Positions 27,768 to 40,024 of a stretch of 64,000 bases of DNA are shown here, in pieces. This DNA comes from Moniliella sp. 'wahieum'. Taxonomy: Eukaryota. Each line of letters opens with the position of its first letter. The first letter of the stretch is position 1. The notes beneath the pieces were generated by a model. It saw only the letters and a program-made list of their open reading frames with translations. It was not told where the DNA came from and searched no databases. Position numbers and translations under genes: made by a program. Where the stretch lies: assembly GCA_003971905.1 (NCBI GenBank), contig RSEE01000035.1:62001-126000 (forward strand). The letters are read 5' to 3'.

Positions 27768-27842
27768 TCACCAGTCTCCTCGGTGAAATACATCGCCAGT
27801 CTCCTCGGTGAAGTACATCACCAGTCTCCTCGGTAGAATACA
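27768..27842. repeat. 25-bp tandem repeat x3
   Basis: tcaccagtctcctcggtgaaataca / tcgccagtctcctcggtgaagtaca / tcaccagtctcctcggtagaataca, head to tail with no spacers. Confidence 0.9.
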
Positions 27843-28890
27843 TGCAACTTTTTCGGCGAAAATGGTGGCTTGTTCTACACACGCATACGCCCTCTGGCCA
27901 CACTATGACTCCCCCCCCAGGACACCATTATATTCAGATCTGTCATCTTTTGCATCCTCCTTGTCTCTAACGTACTCTTGCTCCTGCCATTTCGGCATAT
28001 TTGGCCGGAGATGTTTGTGCCTTGTGGGGGCCGTTTCGCGCACGGAGAACCTACCCCTTGTTGCTCTTCCTGAAGATAGATATTGGCATGATGAACGCGG
28101 AACGAGGACCGTTGATGTGGAGTTGCTGACCATGAGAAGCATGATGATTCAGAGTCGAAAGGCCTGCCCCCACTGCGATGAGCTCCTGGACCACCCTGCT
28201 CTTCTCCCACATGCAGGTCTCATGCGAGTATCATCCCTATCCTCTGGCCTAGTGCCATTATTCCGTTTCCTTCCTCTTCTCTTCCTCAGTCTGAGTTCAA
28301 CGTTGAAACGCTGAAGTTCCACCCGCTCCTGTCTTCCTTCTAGTAGCGCATATAACTGTCCTTGGGACATGACTGGGGAACCAGGATTGTTAATCATTCG
28401 GTGCCCACGTCGCACAAGCCATGAAGAAGTCGATGATGCGCACGGCGAGAAGGGAGTGATCATCATGTATGAGATGTGTGAGAGACGACATGAGTACCAT
28501 TGTAGATTGTTGAATACTGATTACGTTTTGATTACGAGAACAATCCCTAGCGACCTCGCGGAAACAAGAGTTTGACTGTACGATTGATCTGAGATCTGAC
28601 AGTTGTGAGATCTGACAGGGGTGGGGGGCGTACAACCAAACCACATGATGCGTGCACAGGGGAGAGGTGAGACTTGCCTGTGAGACGTGAGAAACGAGGT
28701 GCGGGCAAGGGCTCAAGAAAAGGGAGGTTGTCGGCCGGAAAGTGAAGGTAGGTTACAATACGTGTCCAGCGCTACCTGTGTTACCGCGTTACTAAAGCGC
28801 CACGCGTCAACAAAAACGAGCCAAGCTGCGACTGTGGCCTTTTGCCTTTGTAGTTAGTTACAAGGTACCAGTTACGCGGTATGTTCTGTG

Positions 28891-28921
28891 TTACGCGTGA
28901 CGCGTTACGCGTAACGCGTTA
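28891..28921. promoter_or_regulatory. array of four ACGCGT (MCB/MluI-like) palindromes at 7-bp period
   Basis: ttACGCGTgACGCGTtACGCGTaACGCGTta. The regulatory role is inferred. Confidence 0.45.
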
Positions 28922-29971
28922 TTACGCACTGCGCATTACGCAGGAGGAATGATTAATGATTAATGGCGCGAATTACGTTACAGTAATTACGCAGCGCTAC
29001 GTAGGCCCCCTGCCCCCACACTGGAACGCTCCTGTGACTTTGTGACATGCATGTGACGTCGCATGAGGGAGGCACTGTGGCGTTGGAGCATCTGCCGCCG
29101 TGCCGCCCCAGCAGGCCAAGTGCAAAAGCCCGCAACATGTCCGGCCAAGTCCGAGCACCGACCCGGGCCAACGAGCGGGAGGATCGAGGGGGATGGAGGG
29201 AGTCGAGGATGGATGATGCTAAGGCCGAAGGCCTAAGGAAGGTCCCTGCCGACGTGCCGAGCGCCGAGCGCCGAATGGGTTGGGTGTGTGAGCATGGGAA
29301 CGCAAACGCAACACAATTGCGTGGATCCACAGTGAAGCTTGAAGCTTGAAGAGTGGATTGGATTCGTTGTCCAAGGATTAACCCCGTCGTCCCTCCGAGT
29401 CCGCGGGCGCTGGCAAGGGAAGGAAAACGGGTGGCGGCAGGGACAGGAGCGCATCACCACCCATGCGGCACCGCTCGCATGGGCCATGCTGCACCGGGGC
29501 GTGCTGCCGGCGGTGAGGGCGGGGCGGGGGGCATGGCGCTGCCCTCAGCCGAGATGATGAGTTGCTGAGCCACAAGTGACAAGTGAGTGTGCTGGCTGCC
29601 GGCTGGTGTGGGTGCGGTGGCTGATGGAAATGAGAGGCATGGCGCCCGTGTGGGCGCTGCCCGTGTGGGGGCCGGGGGGCAGAGAGGACGCAGAGGCGCG
29701 CAGAGGGGTGCAGAGGAGAGGAGGGCAGAGGCAAGGGTGTGGCCCTCCGAGGGCGTGACGCGTGCGCCTCAGGCCAGAGTCCGAGCAGCCTCGGGAGGCA
29801 CGGCGACAGGCCAGCGGCCAGAAGAAGCGGCAGGCACAGGGCCAGTGTGGCAGGCGGCGCCGATGGCTGATGCAACGCGCATGACACTTTTCCCAACTCC
29901 TCATCACCCTGACCAATTAACCAACCACAGCAGCCTCGCCCGCCTGCCGCGGTCATCGGACGTAGCTGAGC

Positions 29972-32651
29972 GTGGGCATCAAACCCAGCCTGCGAGCAGG
30001 GCGAGCAGCGCGAGCAGGCAGACACACAGGTAGACACACACAGACAGACAGCCCCACCCCCTCCTCCTCCTCCACCACCCTCCCTCCCCTCCCTGCTGCT
30101 GGCCCCCGCGTCCATGCCCACCTCCGTCGCCCGCCCGCGGCCCAGCCCCCAAGCGCGCCAAGTCGGGCATCTTCGCTGGCCTGCGCAGCCGTCGTCCAAG
30201 TCCCTCCCCTCCTCCGCCCGCCCCTTCAGGCGAGGCGACGCACCCCCCTCGCGGCCGGCGTCAGCTCGCAGAACCTGCACAAACAGTACCGCTCCTGGGG
30301 CAAGGTGCTTGGCAGTGGCGCCGGCGGCACCGTCCGTCTCGTGCAGCGCAAGGACCATCGCGTGTTTGCCATCAAGCAGTTCCGGCCCCTCCGCAACGGC
30401 GAGAGCGAGCGCGACTACCTCAAAAAGATCACCGCCGAGTTTTGCGTCGGCGTCACGCTCCGTCACCACAACATTATCCACACCGTCGACCTCTTTACCC
30501 ATGCCGGGCAGTACTATGAGGTGCTGGAGTATGCGCCCTACGACCTATTTTCCGTCGTGATGGCCAGCAAGATGTCCAACGACGACCTGTTCTGCATCTT
30601 CCGTCAGATTGTCGATGGCGTCGACTACCTGCACAACTTGGGTCTGGCCCATCGCGACCTCAAGCTCGACAATTGCGTCATGACCCAGGACAATGTCGTC
30701 AAGATCATTGACTTTGGCACGGCCACCGTCTTCCGCACCCCCGGCTCCACCACCACCTTGCCCGCCTCTGGCATTGTCGGCTCCGACCCGTACTTGGCCC
30801 CCGAGGTGCTCAGCCAGCCCACCTACGATCCGCGTGCGACGGACGTGTGGGGATTGGCCATCATCTTTCTGTGCATGCACCTCCGTCGCTTCCCTTGGAA
30901 ATTGCCCGACACGCGCCGCGATCGGTCCTACCGCTTGTTTGTGCATGAACATCCAGAGCTACTCCATGGACCGTCGGAGCAGCCGGACGGTCTGGCGGCG
31001 CGCCCACGTCCACGCCCTGTCACGGTCGACCTTGACTTTATGCCAAGATCACCTACGGTGCAGAGCATGGCTTCGCCGCCCCTCTGGAGCGCCAGTCCAT
31101 CCACCTACACATCTACCGCTCCTACCACTCGCTCCCACACCGACACGTCCTACCACAAGCTTCCCAAGCACGTTCACCATCCCCACCATGCCGAGCCCAC
31201 CTTGACCACCGTACAGGAACCCTTGTCGTCCAGCCAAGGTTCCATTCCGCTCACTGAACTTGCACCGGAGCCGTACCTTCCCTTTGTCGCTCCCCCTCCT
31301 GCTCCTCTTGCCTCTCTCGCTCCCACCTCCCCCATCTCCCCCACCTTCCTCGACGCCTCACAGAGCGTGGTACCGCTCGAGGCGAGTCCGAGCATGTACA
31401 TCAACCTCCCGGGCGTGTCTTCAGCCAGCTTGATGCGCGCCGCGTTTGCGCCCTCGGGCCACCGTCTGCCCCACCGGTCTTCCCGTCGCCCGCTCCGGTC
31501 CGCTCGCCCGTCCACATCGGGCTCTGAAATTGCCGAAGAGATCCCGTCCGCTTCCGAGGCCGGGTACCACGTGCTCGAGTCCGCCTCGGTGCCAGTGTTG
31601 GAGTCGCAGGACGCGATGCACGCTGGGTCCAGCGAGCACGAAGAAGATCAGGAACAGGAACAGGAACGGGAACGGGAGCAAGAACAGGAACAGGAGGAGG
31701 AGGAGGAGGAACCAGAAGTGGACGCAGCCACGTTGGCAGATACCCGTGCCACGTCCCCGCAACTATCGGTACGCTCCGTGGTGCTTTCTCCCGACGCGGA
31801 TGCCGAGCTAGCCTGGGCCAACGAACTGAACCCCAAGGCACCAGCTGAGCTTGTCGGTGTACAAGCGGCGCCGCCACCGCTCTACACCTCGGCACCTCCC
31901 TTGGCAGGTCCCCAACCGGCGTTGGGGGGATCGAGTCAGTCACGTTCCTCCACCCTGCCTGCCTCGGCTTTCCGGCACGATGGCGACGGACCGCGTGTCA
32001 GCTACGAGTGGTCGCGTGCCCGGCCGCGGCGCTTGTCCACCTCCCATGTTGAGCGGGGACAGGCGCCCACTTCACCGTCTCGAACCCACACTCCCTTGCG
32101 TTCCGCAACGGCCACGGCCACGGCCACGGCCACATGGTCTCCCCTAGCGCTCGTGCGCCTTCGGCTCCCATTGCACCGCTTGCCTTTACGCCCCCACCTG
32201 CTTCTGTTTCGGCTCCTGCTCCTGACGCCTTGGAAGTGCTGAACCCCGACTCGATCTTCAGCCACTGCCCGCCCGAGACGCGGGGGGCGTTACGACGCAT
32301 GTTGTGTATCGACCCTTCGCACCGCATCACACTGGGGGAGTTGCTACGGGGCAAACGGTACGCGGATGCCTTGTCTCCGTTATCCTACTCGCCGGGTGAG
32401 GCACAAACGGCGCTGCCTTGCGGTCTCGTCGGTCCTCCACCCTGCCTTTCCCGCAGAAGTGTGTTTCGCTGCCTCCGCCACGCAGGCACGAGCGTAGGTC
32501 TCTCCCGTTTGAACAAGGGAGCGGACAAGAGGGCGATGCGTGGATCAAGAATATCCCCACTTGTTCCCTCGCGCCCGTGCAGGGCCACACTCACTGTCAT
32601 CCCCCCCTCGAAGAACGGTTTCAGCGCAAACTGTTTCACCGGGCCAAGTAA
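29972..32651 (+). CDS. HAL/NPR-family Ser/Thr protein kinase (Hrk1/Hal4-like)
   Basis: KQYRSWGKVLGSGAGGTVRL, AIK, KKITAEFCVG, HRDLKLDN, DFG, GIVGSDPYLAPE, DVWG and RRFPWK are present. Subdomain XI (RGALRRMLCIDPSHRITL) comes after a long insert, and the C-terminus has GDAWIKNIPTC. The start codon is uncertain and the 3' part has frameshifts. Confidence 0.9.
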
Positions 32652-34226
32652 GTGCTAAGCCCAGAGTGAGCAGTGAGCAGTAAGCAGTGACTCGTGGGAG
32701 CTAGTGACTAGGGAGCCTGCACCTGTACCCCCCACACATTCAACCAACAAGCCCACCCAAGCCAAGCCCCAGCCCAGCCAAGCTAAATGGGCGATCCCCC
32801 CCTTTTTTCTCAGTACCACCCGTTCCCCTTTTGTATGCGATACCATGTTTCTCATTGTTGGAAGCGCCCGGCCCGCTCCTGATGGCCTGCATGTTCTCCT
32901 ACGGCATCCCCATCCACAGTCGGCCCCTCTGGCCCCAAGTCATCCTTACCAGACCAACGAGCGTGGCCAGGCCGTCAGGACTCAGTCGTAACGCGTAACG
33001 CATAGTAATGCGTCATCGTAGCTATGTACCACCGACGGGTATACGCAACACTATATATCGGACGCGGGACGGCACACTCTATAAAGGGGCCTACTCAGGA
33101 AAGGGGACAGAAGGAGAGAGCTTTGGTCGGAACTTGTCCGCCCCCCGCCCCGCTCAGAAGAGAAAGCTTTTTTTCGCGTTCCTACATTCTCTGCTAAGCG
33201 CGATCGCGCTGTTCGAGAACGTTAATAGGAGAGGGTTCTTCTTCGGCTTACAGATCTCAAACAAGCATCAGAGTGGGATGTGGTAGCTGCTGCTGTGCCT
33301 CGGATTTGTTCGTTGGCTGCGGAGCTCCGAGTTACCTGTTCTGCCCCTTTCTCTGGTAGGCGTGATCGACGAGCGCCGAGCGATGTTCGCCCCCCGGACC
33401 CTCTCGCTTCTCCACATCTCAGATCTCAGATCTCTTCCATCTGCATTATCTTCGCACCTTCCCCAATAGCTTCAAACCGCCATGATGTGCATGATGTGTC
33501 ACGTCGAGCTTCAAGCTTCAAGGCGGGAGGCGCTAACCGTTTGGGGATAGTGAAGAGCTAATAGAGAAGCTTGAAGCTTGAAGCTTGAACGCTTATTAGC
33601 GCTTACCGCTTACCGCAAGTCGGTTGAACGTCGTTGAACGTCGTTGAACGTTGAACGTTGTACCAATAAAGTCCGAAAAGTGCGTGTACACAGGAGACAG
33701 GTGTCTACCGTTTTTATAGGTGTTTAGTTTGGGCGACTATATAAGCGGGGCCCAACGTGTGCGTCATGTAACGCATAGGGCACATATGTCAAGGGGCGAG
33801 GATACGTGGAGTAGCATCCTATGGGGTCCCTTCCAACCCCACGGGTGCTATGGTGGCAGGGTGGCGAAGCGCGCCAAGGAAGGGTATATGGAGCTGAGGC
33901 TCAGCGATCGGACTGAGGCCGGTTAAACGTTAGACTAGGTAGGTTAACGTTTAACTGAGGACTAAGTACTAATGGATGATCAGCGCTGGTGGCGTGGGTG
34001 TGTGATGCGCGCGGAAGTCTGGGGTAGGCGAGAGGCAGCAGCCAGCAGCCAGCAGAGCCAAGGCCCACCCTAGCCGCCGCTGTCCGAGCAGGCTGTCTTT
34101 GGCTGCAGAACCCCACCCGTGCGTATATGTCGCCCCACTGTGGAGAAGCAGTGGTCGCTCCGACTGGCCTAAGGCCTCACATCCTCCCGAACGCACACAC
34201 TCCCTTCTGGACACCGCCACTTTATT

Positions 34227-34320
34227 CCACTCCACTCCACTCCACTCCACTCCACTACTCCATCCCATCCCATCCCATCCCATCATCCCATCCCATCCCA
34301 TCCCATCCCATCCCATCTCC
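34227..34320. repeat. compound (CACTC)n-(CATCC)n pentanucleotide microsatellite immediately upstream of the transporter ATG
   Basis: Directly visible in the sequence. Confidence 0.9.
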
Positions 34321-34326
34321 ACCACA

Positions 34327-36401
34327 ATGGGCTTCACCATCCGCGGCCACCCGTGGGCTGGATGGCCATCTACCACCCTCGTCGCCAGCATGGCCGGTAC
34401 GTCCCCTCCCTCCCCCTCGCCAGGCCCATCTGCCTAACCCTTGTCGTCCCCGCCAACACCTCCGTCCCCCCCCACACAGGCGGGCTGTTTGGATACGATA
34501 TCGTGAGTCGCAACCTCTCCCTCTTCTCGTGTACAACCACTGGTGGAGCAACCCCTCTGCGCCCTACTCTAGTTTTTTTGTTTCCGTACTGACCCCACCT
34601 GCATGACCACAGGGCTACACCCCAGCATTCTCGTCGACAACGATGCCCTGTTGCGCTTTGCCACCGACCGAAAGCACTGCACATGGACCGCCGACGGCGT
34701 AGGAGGGAGCGTGTGTGTGCCTTCCTGGGCACCCTACCTCGAAGGGCTGTTTGTCAGCGGGCTGTCGATTGGGTGCCTGCTAGGAGCCTTGGTGCCTCGT
34801 TTCTCGCCGACTGGATCGGCCGACGACGAGCGATCCAGATCGATGCGGTAATCAATGCCATTGGCATTGTGATCCAGGCCAGCAGCCAATGGGCCTGGGT
34901 GCAATTTATGCTGGGCCGCATCATTGCCGGCGTGGGGGTAGGTGCGTTGTCGGCGACTGTACCCCCCTACGTGTCCGAGGTGGTGCCACGAGAAGGAAGA
35001 GGTGGGTTTGTGTCGTTTTACCAAACCTTCATCTCGTTTGGCATCTTGCTCGGCTATTCGGTGGACATTGCAGCGCGCGCGATGGGCGGCAAGCTGGGCA
35101 GTACCCATCGTTCGGCCTCGTGGCGCATCCCCGTCTCGATCACGCTCTTCTTTGCGCTCACCCTGTTTGTCGGTATGTTCTTCTGTCCCGAATCGCCACG
35201 CTGGAGCGCAATGAACGGGAAAGAAGACCAAGTGCGTACCACGATTGCCCGCCCCGTGGCCTTCAGGCGCTTTCCCATCACCCTCTCGTCGAGATGGAAG
35301 TGGAAGAGATCATGGCCACCGCACGCCAAGAGCGTCATACCCCAGCCGGCTTTCTGGATTGCTTCCGAAAAGAGAATAAGGTGCGGTACCGCACTGTGCT
35401 GTGCTGCTTGCTGCAGCTATTCCAACAGCTCTCTGGTGCAAACTATTTTTTGTACGCACTTGTTTCTACCCACTCCCTCCCCCCCCCCTAGCCCCTCGCC
35501 CCTCATCCATGCTCTACTGGCTCTACTGACGCAGGATGGTGTTGCCTGCAGCTACTTTGGTGCGCAAATTTTCCGACCGCTGGGAAACCATGTGGATCAC
35601 CTCTTGTCCCAACTGATCCTTGGTGCGGTGAGCATGGTCTGCGAGCTTCCTGGGCTCTACATTCTCGAGTTTCTCGGACGAAGAAGACCGTTGATTCTGG
35701 GAAGCTTGTGGACGGCAGTGTGGATGTTGGTATTTGCGTTGGCGGGCAAGCTGGGCGACCAAAGGGACGATGCGGGCTCGTCGGAGCTCTCGCGTCCGAT
35801 CAGTACGTTGCTCCTGGTCAGTGCTTGCATGGGTCTGTTGGGGTATTCGGCCACCTGGGCACCTGGGGCGTGGTTGATCTGTGGTGAGACGGGTGCGGCG
35901 CGGATCCGGATCAAGCAGGCGTCGTTGGCAGCAATGAGCAATTGGACCATCAATTTTTTGCTCGCCTTTTTCACAGCGCCCATCACGTCGAAAATTGGGT
36001 TTGCGTACTGCTTTGTCTTTGCCGGGTGCAATGTGGTGGCGGCAGTGGTGGTGTACCTGATGTTGTACGAAACGTCCAACTTGACTCTGGAACAGATCGG
36101 AGTGATGTACAACGATCCCACTTGCAAACCTTGGACCAGTGTCGGTTGGAACCCGCCACCCCCCACGGACCCCGTCTATGCCGAGTACCACCGCGCCGAA
36201 CTCACTTGCTGGGAAGAACGCTGGAGCACATCCCCCGACCTGCACCACCTCGATACCGGTTCTTTGAACCCAGGAAAGAAATGTACCCGCTCCTCATCCC
36301 AAGAGCCCCAGGATGCCGACAGCTACGATGATGACCCGTTCGTGGTCCACGTTACCGTTCAGCCCATCCAGCTCCCTCCCCTCGTGGCCAAGGCACAATG
36401 A
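34327..36401 (+). CDS. MFS sugar porter (hexose transporter)
   Basis: Spliced N-terminus MAGGLFGYDI uses a 23-nt micro-exon (34480-34502). Other motifs: ADWIGRR, GRIIAGVGVG, YVSEVVP..RG, SWRIP, PESPRW, QLFQQLSGANYF, LGRRRPL, SNW, YET. Further intron ~35453-35550 and frameshifts. Confidence 0.92.
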
Positions 36402-37030
36402 TCGTAGCCGTTTGGGGACGCCAAAATCGTTCCAGTTGGGTTTGGCACTATGGCACCGTCTGACCCACCTCTGTGCTGGCTTCTACTATACATATCTTGT
36501 CTTTTGTTGCACCTCTGCCCACTTTATCTCGCATGGACCGAGACTCACCTCTCTGTCGCTTAACTGATACCACGCTCATGTTCGCCTTCCCGCTCGCACT
36601 CGCACTCTCTTCAACCACGATGACCGGCTCGAGGTAACAGCAAGCTTGAAGCACGAGCGTGGTTATGATGACCCATTTGAATGATGCTTGTACGTTGAGA
36701 GGAGACGCACGGATCCTGTGGGGGGTTTACGTCCGACAGAAGAAGACGGCGGACAGGGTAAATCCTGTAGGCATAATATCACTTGTATAGACGGATCGAG
36801 CAACCAACAAAAGAGTATAGCTGCGTGGGGGAACTGCGATCAACCTCTCGCGCCTTAACGCAGTCACCCTCTTCTGACTCTCGCACCCGACTTGGCCACA
36901 GCCCATCCTCTCACAACAATGCGTCCAAGACCAGATACTAAAATCTTCCTACTAAGGGCGTCTCAAGAGAGAGGTCATGCGATAATGTGTGTGGCCCTTC
37001 AATGCACGGATCAATGGCAGAGGGGCCCGA

Positions 37031-38519
37031 TCAGATCAGCAAAAGCAACAGGGCAAGACAATTGAAGCCCACTGCAAGGAGAAGAGGCAAAATGAGCGGT
37101 CGTACTGGCGCGGGACAGAGGTAGCGATGAAATATAGTAGTATGTTGGACCAGTTGGAGGAGAGAAAACTGATGTGGAGTAGAGGACAAAAGAAGTAGAT
37201 AACTTGAAGGACTATAACACCCGGGGTACGACGCCACTTGGTTCCACAGCTCTTGTCGTACTTCCTCTGTGTGCACATCCTTCTTTAGGTCGAGGTAAAA
37301 GAACTGCTGGGGCAGCGAAGGAACAGTGACTTCGGACGTTTCGGTACGGTAACCATGAACGAAAGGATGACTCAACCAACGCCTCCTCCACGGTCAGACG
37401 CTTTTCAGGATCAAATTGGAGGGTGCGTTCCAAAAAGTCCAGGGCCTCCGGCGACGCGGTGGGGAACAGTTTGGAAAACTTGGCCCGGGGCCGAATGGGC
37501 AAGCTGATCAAGTACTCGCGACTGCGACGCGACTTGATCGGGATCATTTCCTGGATCTTGGGTACCAATCACATTGAGCGTCAAGGACATTTGGTTGTGG
37601 TAGTCACGTCCAGGGAAGAGCGGACGACCCAACAAGATCTCAGCCAAAATGGCCCCCACCGCCCACATATCGATCGCCTTGGTGTATTGCCGGAACGTGA
37701 GCATAATCTCTGGCGCACGGTACCACCGCGTGGCGACGTACTCTGACATGAATCCCACCCCGGTGGCTTGATCAATATTGTCGGCTGTCAAGACGGAACG
37801 CGAGAGACCAAAGTCGCACATTTTCAGATCGCAGTTGGAGTTGATGAGCAAATTGGACGGTTTGAGGTCGCGGTGCAGCACATCGGCACTGTGCAACACC
37901 TTGAGCGCACAAAGCACTTGCCAGGTAAAGTAGGCCGCATGTTCTTCCGTGACCGACTGGGAGCGCAGCACCCGGTTCAAGTCTGTCTCCATTAGCTCCT
38001 GCACCAAACAGATCTGGTCAAATTGCTTGTAACTCGGCGCATGCGCTACATCCAACAAGGCCACAATGTGCTGGCACGCATCTTGCTCTTGAAAGTACCG
38101 AAGCAACTGGATCTCTCGCAACGTTCGAATCGCCATCAAGCGATTGGTAAAAGGATGAACACTCTTGATCGCTACGCTGGTGCCCGTGGGAAGGTGCTTG
38201 GCTGCGACGACCGAACCATAGGCTCCTTCACCAATCGCTTTGACAATGTGGTAGTCCGGTCCCATCTGTTGTCCGAGCGAGCGACAGAGACGCAGTTGTT
38301 TCTCCAATGCTCTCGCCTTGGGATCTGGTGGTGACTTGGAAGCCGCATGCGCGCGGGGGGGTCGATGGCTGCCGCCGGGGGCAAGGATTGGGATTGGTCG
38401 AGTGCGATGGATTGGGGTTGGTCGTTGAATTGGATGTGGGGTCAGGAGCTGGATGATGGGAGTGGGACTTGTTGGGAGCAGCAAGGCCTGTGGTGGCAAC
38501 TGTGGTGGCAACCGACATG
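37031..38519 (-). CDS. Fus3/Kss1 (Kpp2/Kpp6)-type MAP kinase with N-terminal extension
   Basis: IGEGAYGSV, VAIK, RTLREIQLLRYF, LVQELMETDL, HRDLKPSNLLINSNCDLKMCDFGLSRS, MSEYVATRWYRAPEIML, YTKAIDMW, PLFPGRDYHNQ, ALDFLERTLQFDPEKRLTVEEAL. Frameshifts near 38400, 37560 and 37375; the 3' end is uncertain. Confidence 0.93.
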
Positions 38520-39731
38520 GTGACGAAGAGTGGCAGCGGAAGCGCAGCAAGGGACAAAGCGGGAAGCACGTGTGGGCGCAGACAGACAAAATACCACCTG
38601 TCACGATGGCCGATAGAGGAGGGGAAGAGGCGGAGAGGTGGAGTAAGTGCGGAAGGTGTAACGTTTGTTGCTACGTGTTGGCGATGCTAGGTGAAGCCAA
38701 CAGACCGTGAGTATATATATCAACACAACAGCCACGACGGCCCTTCTGCCCACACCCTCCTCCTCGCGCCTCGACTCTCGCACCCTCCGAGCATTGCCTC
38801 CCCCCGCGCCACGTGATGCGCCTCTCCTTATCGAGGAGCACCTGCCGCCCCCCATTGCTCCTCGAGTTGGTACGGGTGCCCTTGGATCAAGGTGGCAATG
38901 TGCCGTGCGCCACCGCTTACTGTGGCGGCTCCTACCATGGAACTCATCGATCCGAACGAGCACTCCTACAGTCTGGCGTCCGCGGCACCTATCTTGCACC
39001 CTATGGCGTCGAAAAGAGAGGGCGGGGGCATATTCCAGTTGCACTGCTGCTGTGCTTGTGCCACAGTCTTGGTCTGGTCGTCCTCTGGCGCGTTGTCTTG
39101 CCTCAGCGAGGGTGCAGCCAAACATGAACGGCTTGCTCTTAAGCTTGAAGCGAGCGAACCGCCCCGTCCAACGCTCGCACTGTGAGAGCCACAGCAAACG
39201 CAGCCCAGTCCTCCAGTGGCAGCCGGCAGCTTCATCCTCCCTCTTCTGCATGGACCCCATTGTGCGTTTGGGCCCACGTGACCAATTTGGAGTCCTAGAC
39301 CCCAGTAGGACTGCCCAGCTGCTCTCGGGGCAAGGACGAAAGACACAAAGAGAGAAACCCCTCTCGTTGAAACCTCTCCGGACGGTCCGACTGGGCTCTA
39401 GGCACGCAAGAGACGTTGAATGTTGACCATTGGACGCCGATCATCGATCCGTGAGGTCACGTTTTTGTATAGTACTTCACCTCTGTGGATTTCCCCAGAG
39501 AGACCAGCCCCAGCCCAGTTGTTGCCACGCGCCAGCAATTGCGCGAGATGATAGGGACGACGTTGATGCGCGCCCTGACATCTCAGCGAGATTGAAGCCA
39601 CTCAATGCCTCATCCTTGCGAGCGGCGAATTTGCAACACTTGGGATTGGGAAGAGAAGTGCAGAAGAGCAACTCTTAAATCCAGCACTTGTGAACACATA
39701 CACTTGGCATACATTTGTGGAGCGAACGCAA

Positions 39732-39803
39732 GCCTCTTTGGCTCAGTGGTACAGCATCGCACTTGTAATGCGAAGATCAGTCGTTCGATTCGGCTAAGAG
39801 GCA
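39732..39803 (+). tRNA. tRNA-Thr(UGU), intronless
   Basis: Acceptor stem GCCTCTT/AAGAGGC plus discriminator A. D arm contains TGGCTCAGTGG (A box). Anticodon arm TCGCA-CT-TGT-AA-TGCGA. T arm AGTCG-TTCGATT-CGGCT. Oligo-T Pol III terminators follow immediately downstream. Confidence 0.95.
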
Positions 39804-40024
39804 CAGCTACTTTTTACTTTTTTGTTCTCTTTGTTCTCTCCTTTGCCTACCTACCCCCTTGACCCTCCCCGCTGAGTCTTGCAAGACCCGCCAAGCGCTC
39901 TGTAGCATGTAAGATCCAATGGGCTCGGATACTCTGCTTTACCCTTGCGCCGGTCTACCAGGAACCCTCTCTTTCCTAGCTGCCCCAGCCGTCTCGGGCT
40001 TCAAGTATTCAAGTCCAATCTCAT

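Noticed and set aside
27768..27842. CRISPR-like 25-bp repeats
   Set aside because: The units are directly adjacent with no spacers, there are no cas genes, and the context is eukaryotic.
4321..38519. Functional cluster of Msb2, TAO3 and MAPK signalling genes
   Set aside because: They are spread over more than 30 kb and interleaved with unrelated housekeeping genes, so chance proximity is sufficient.
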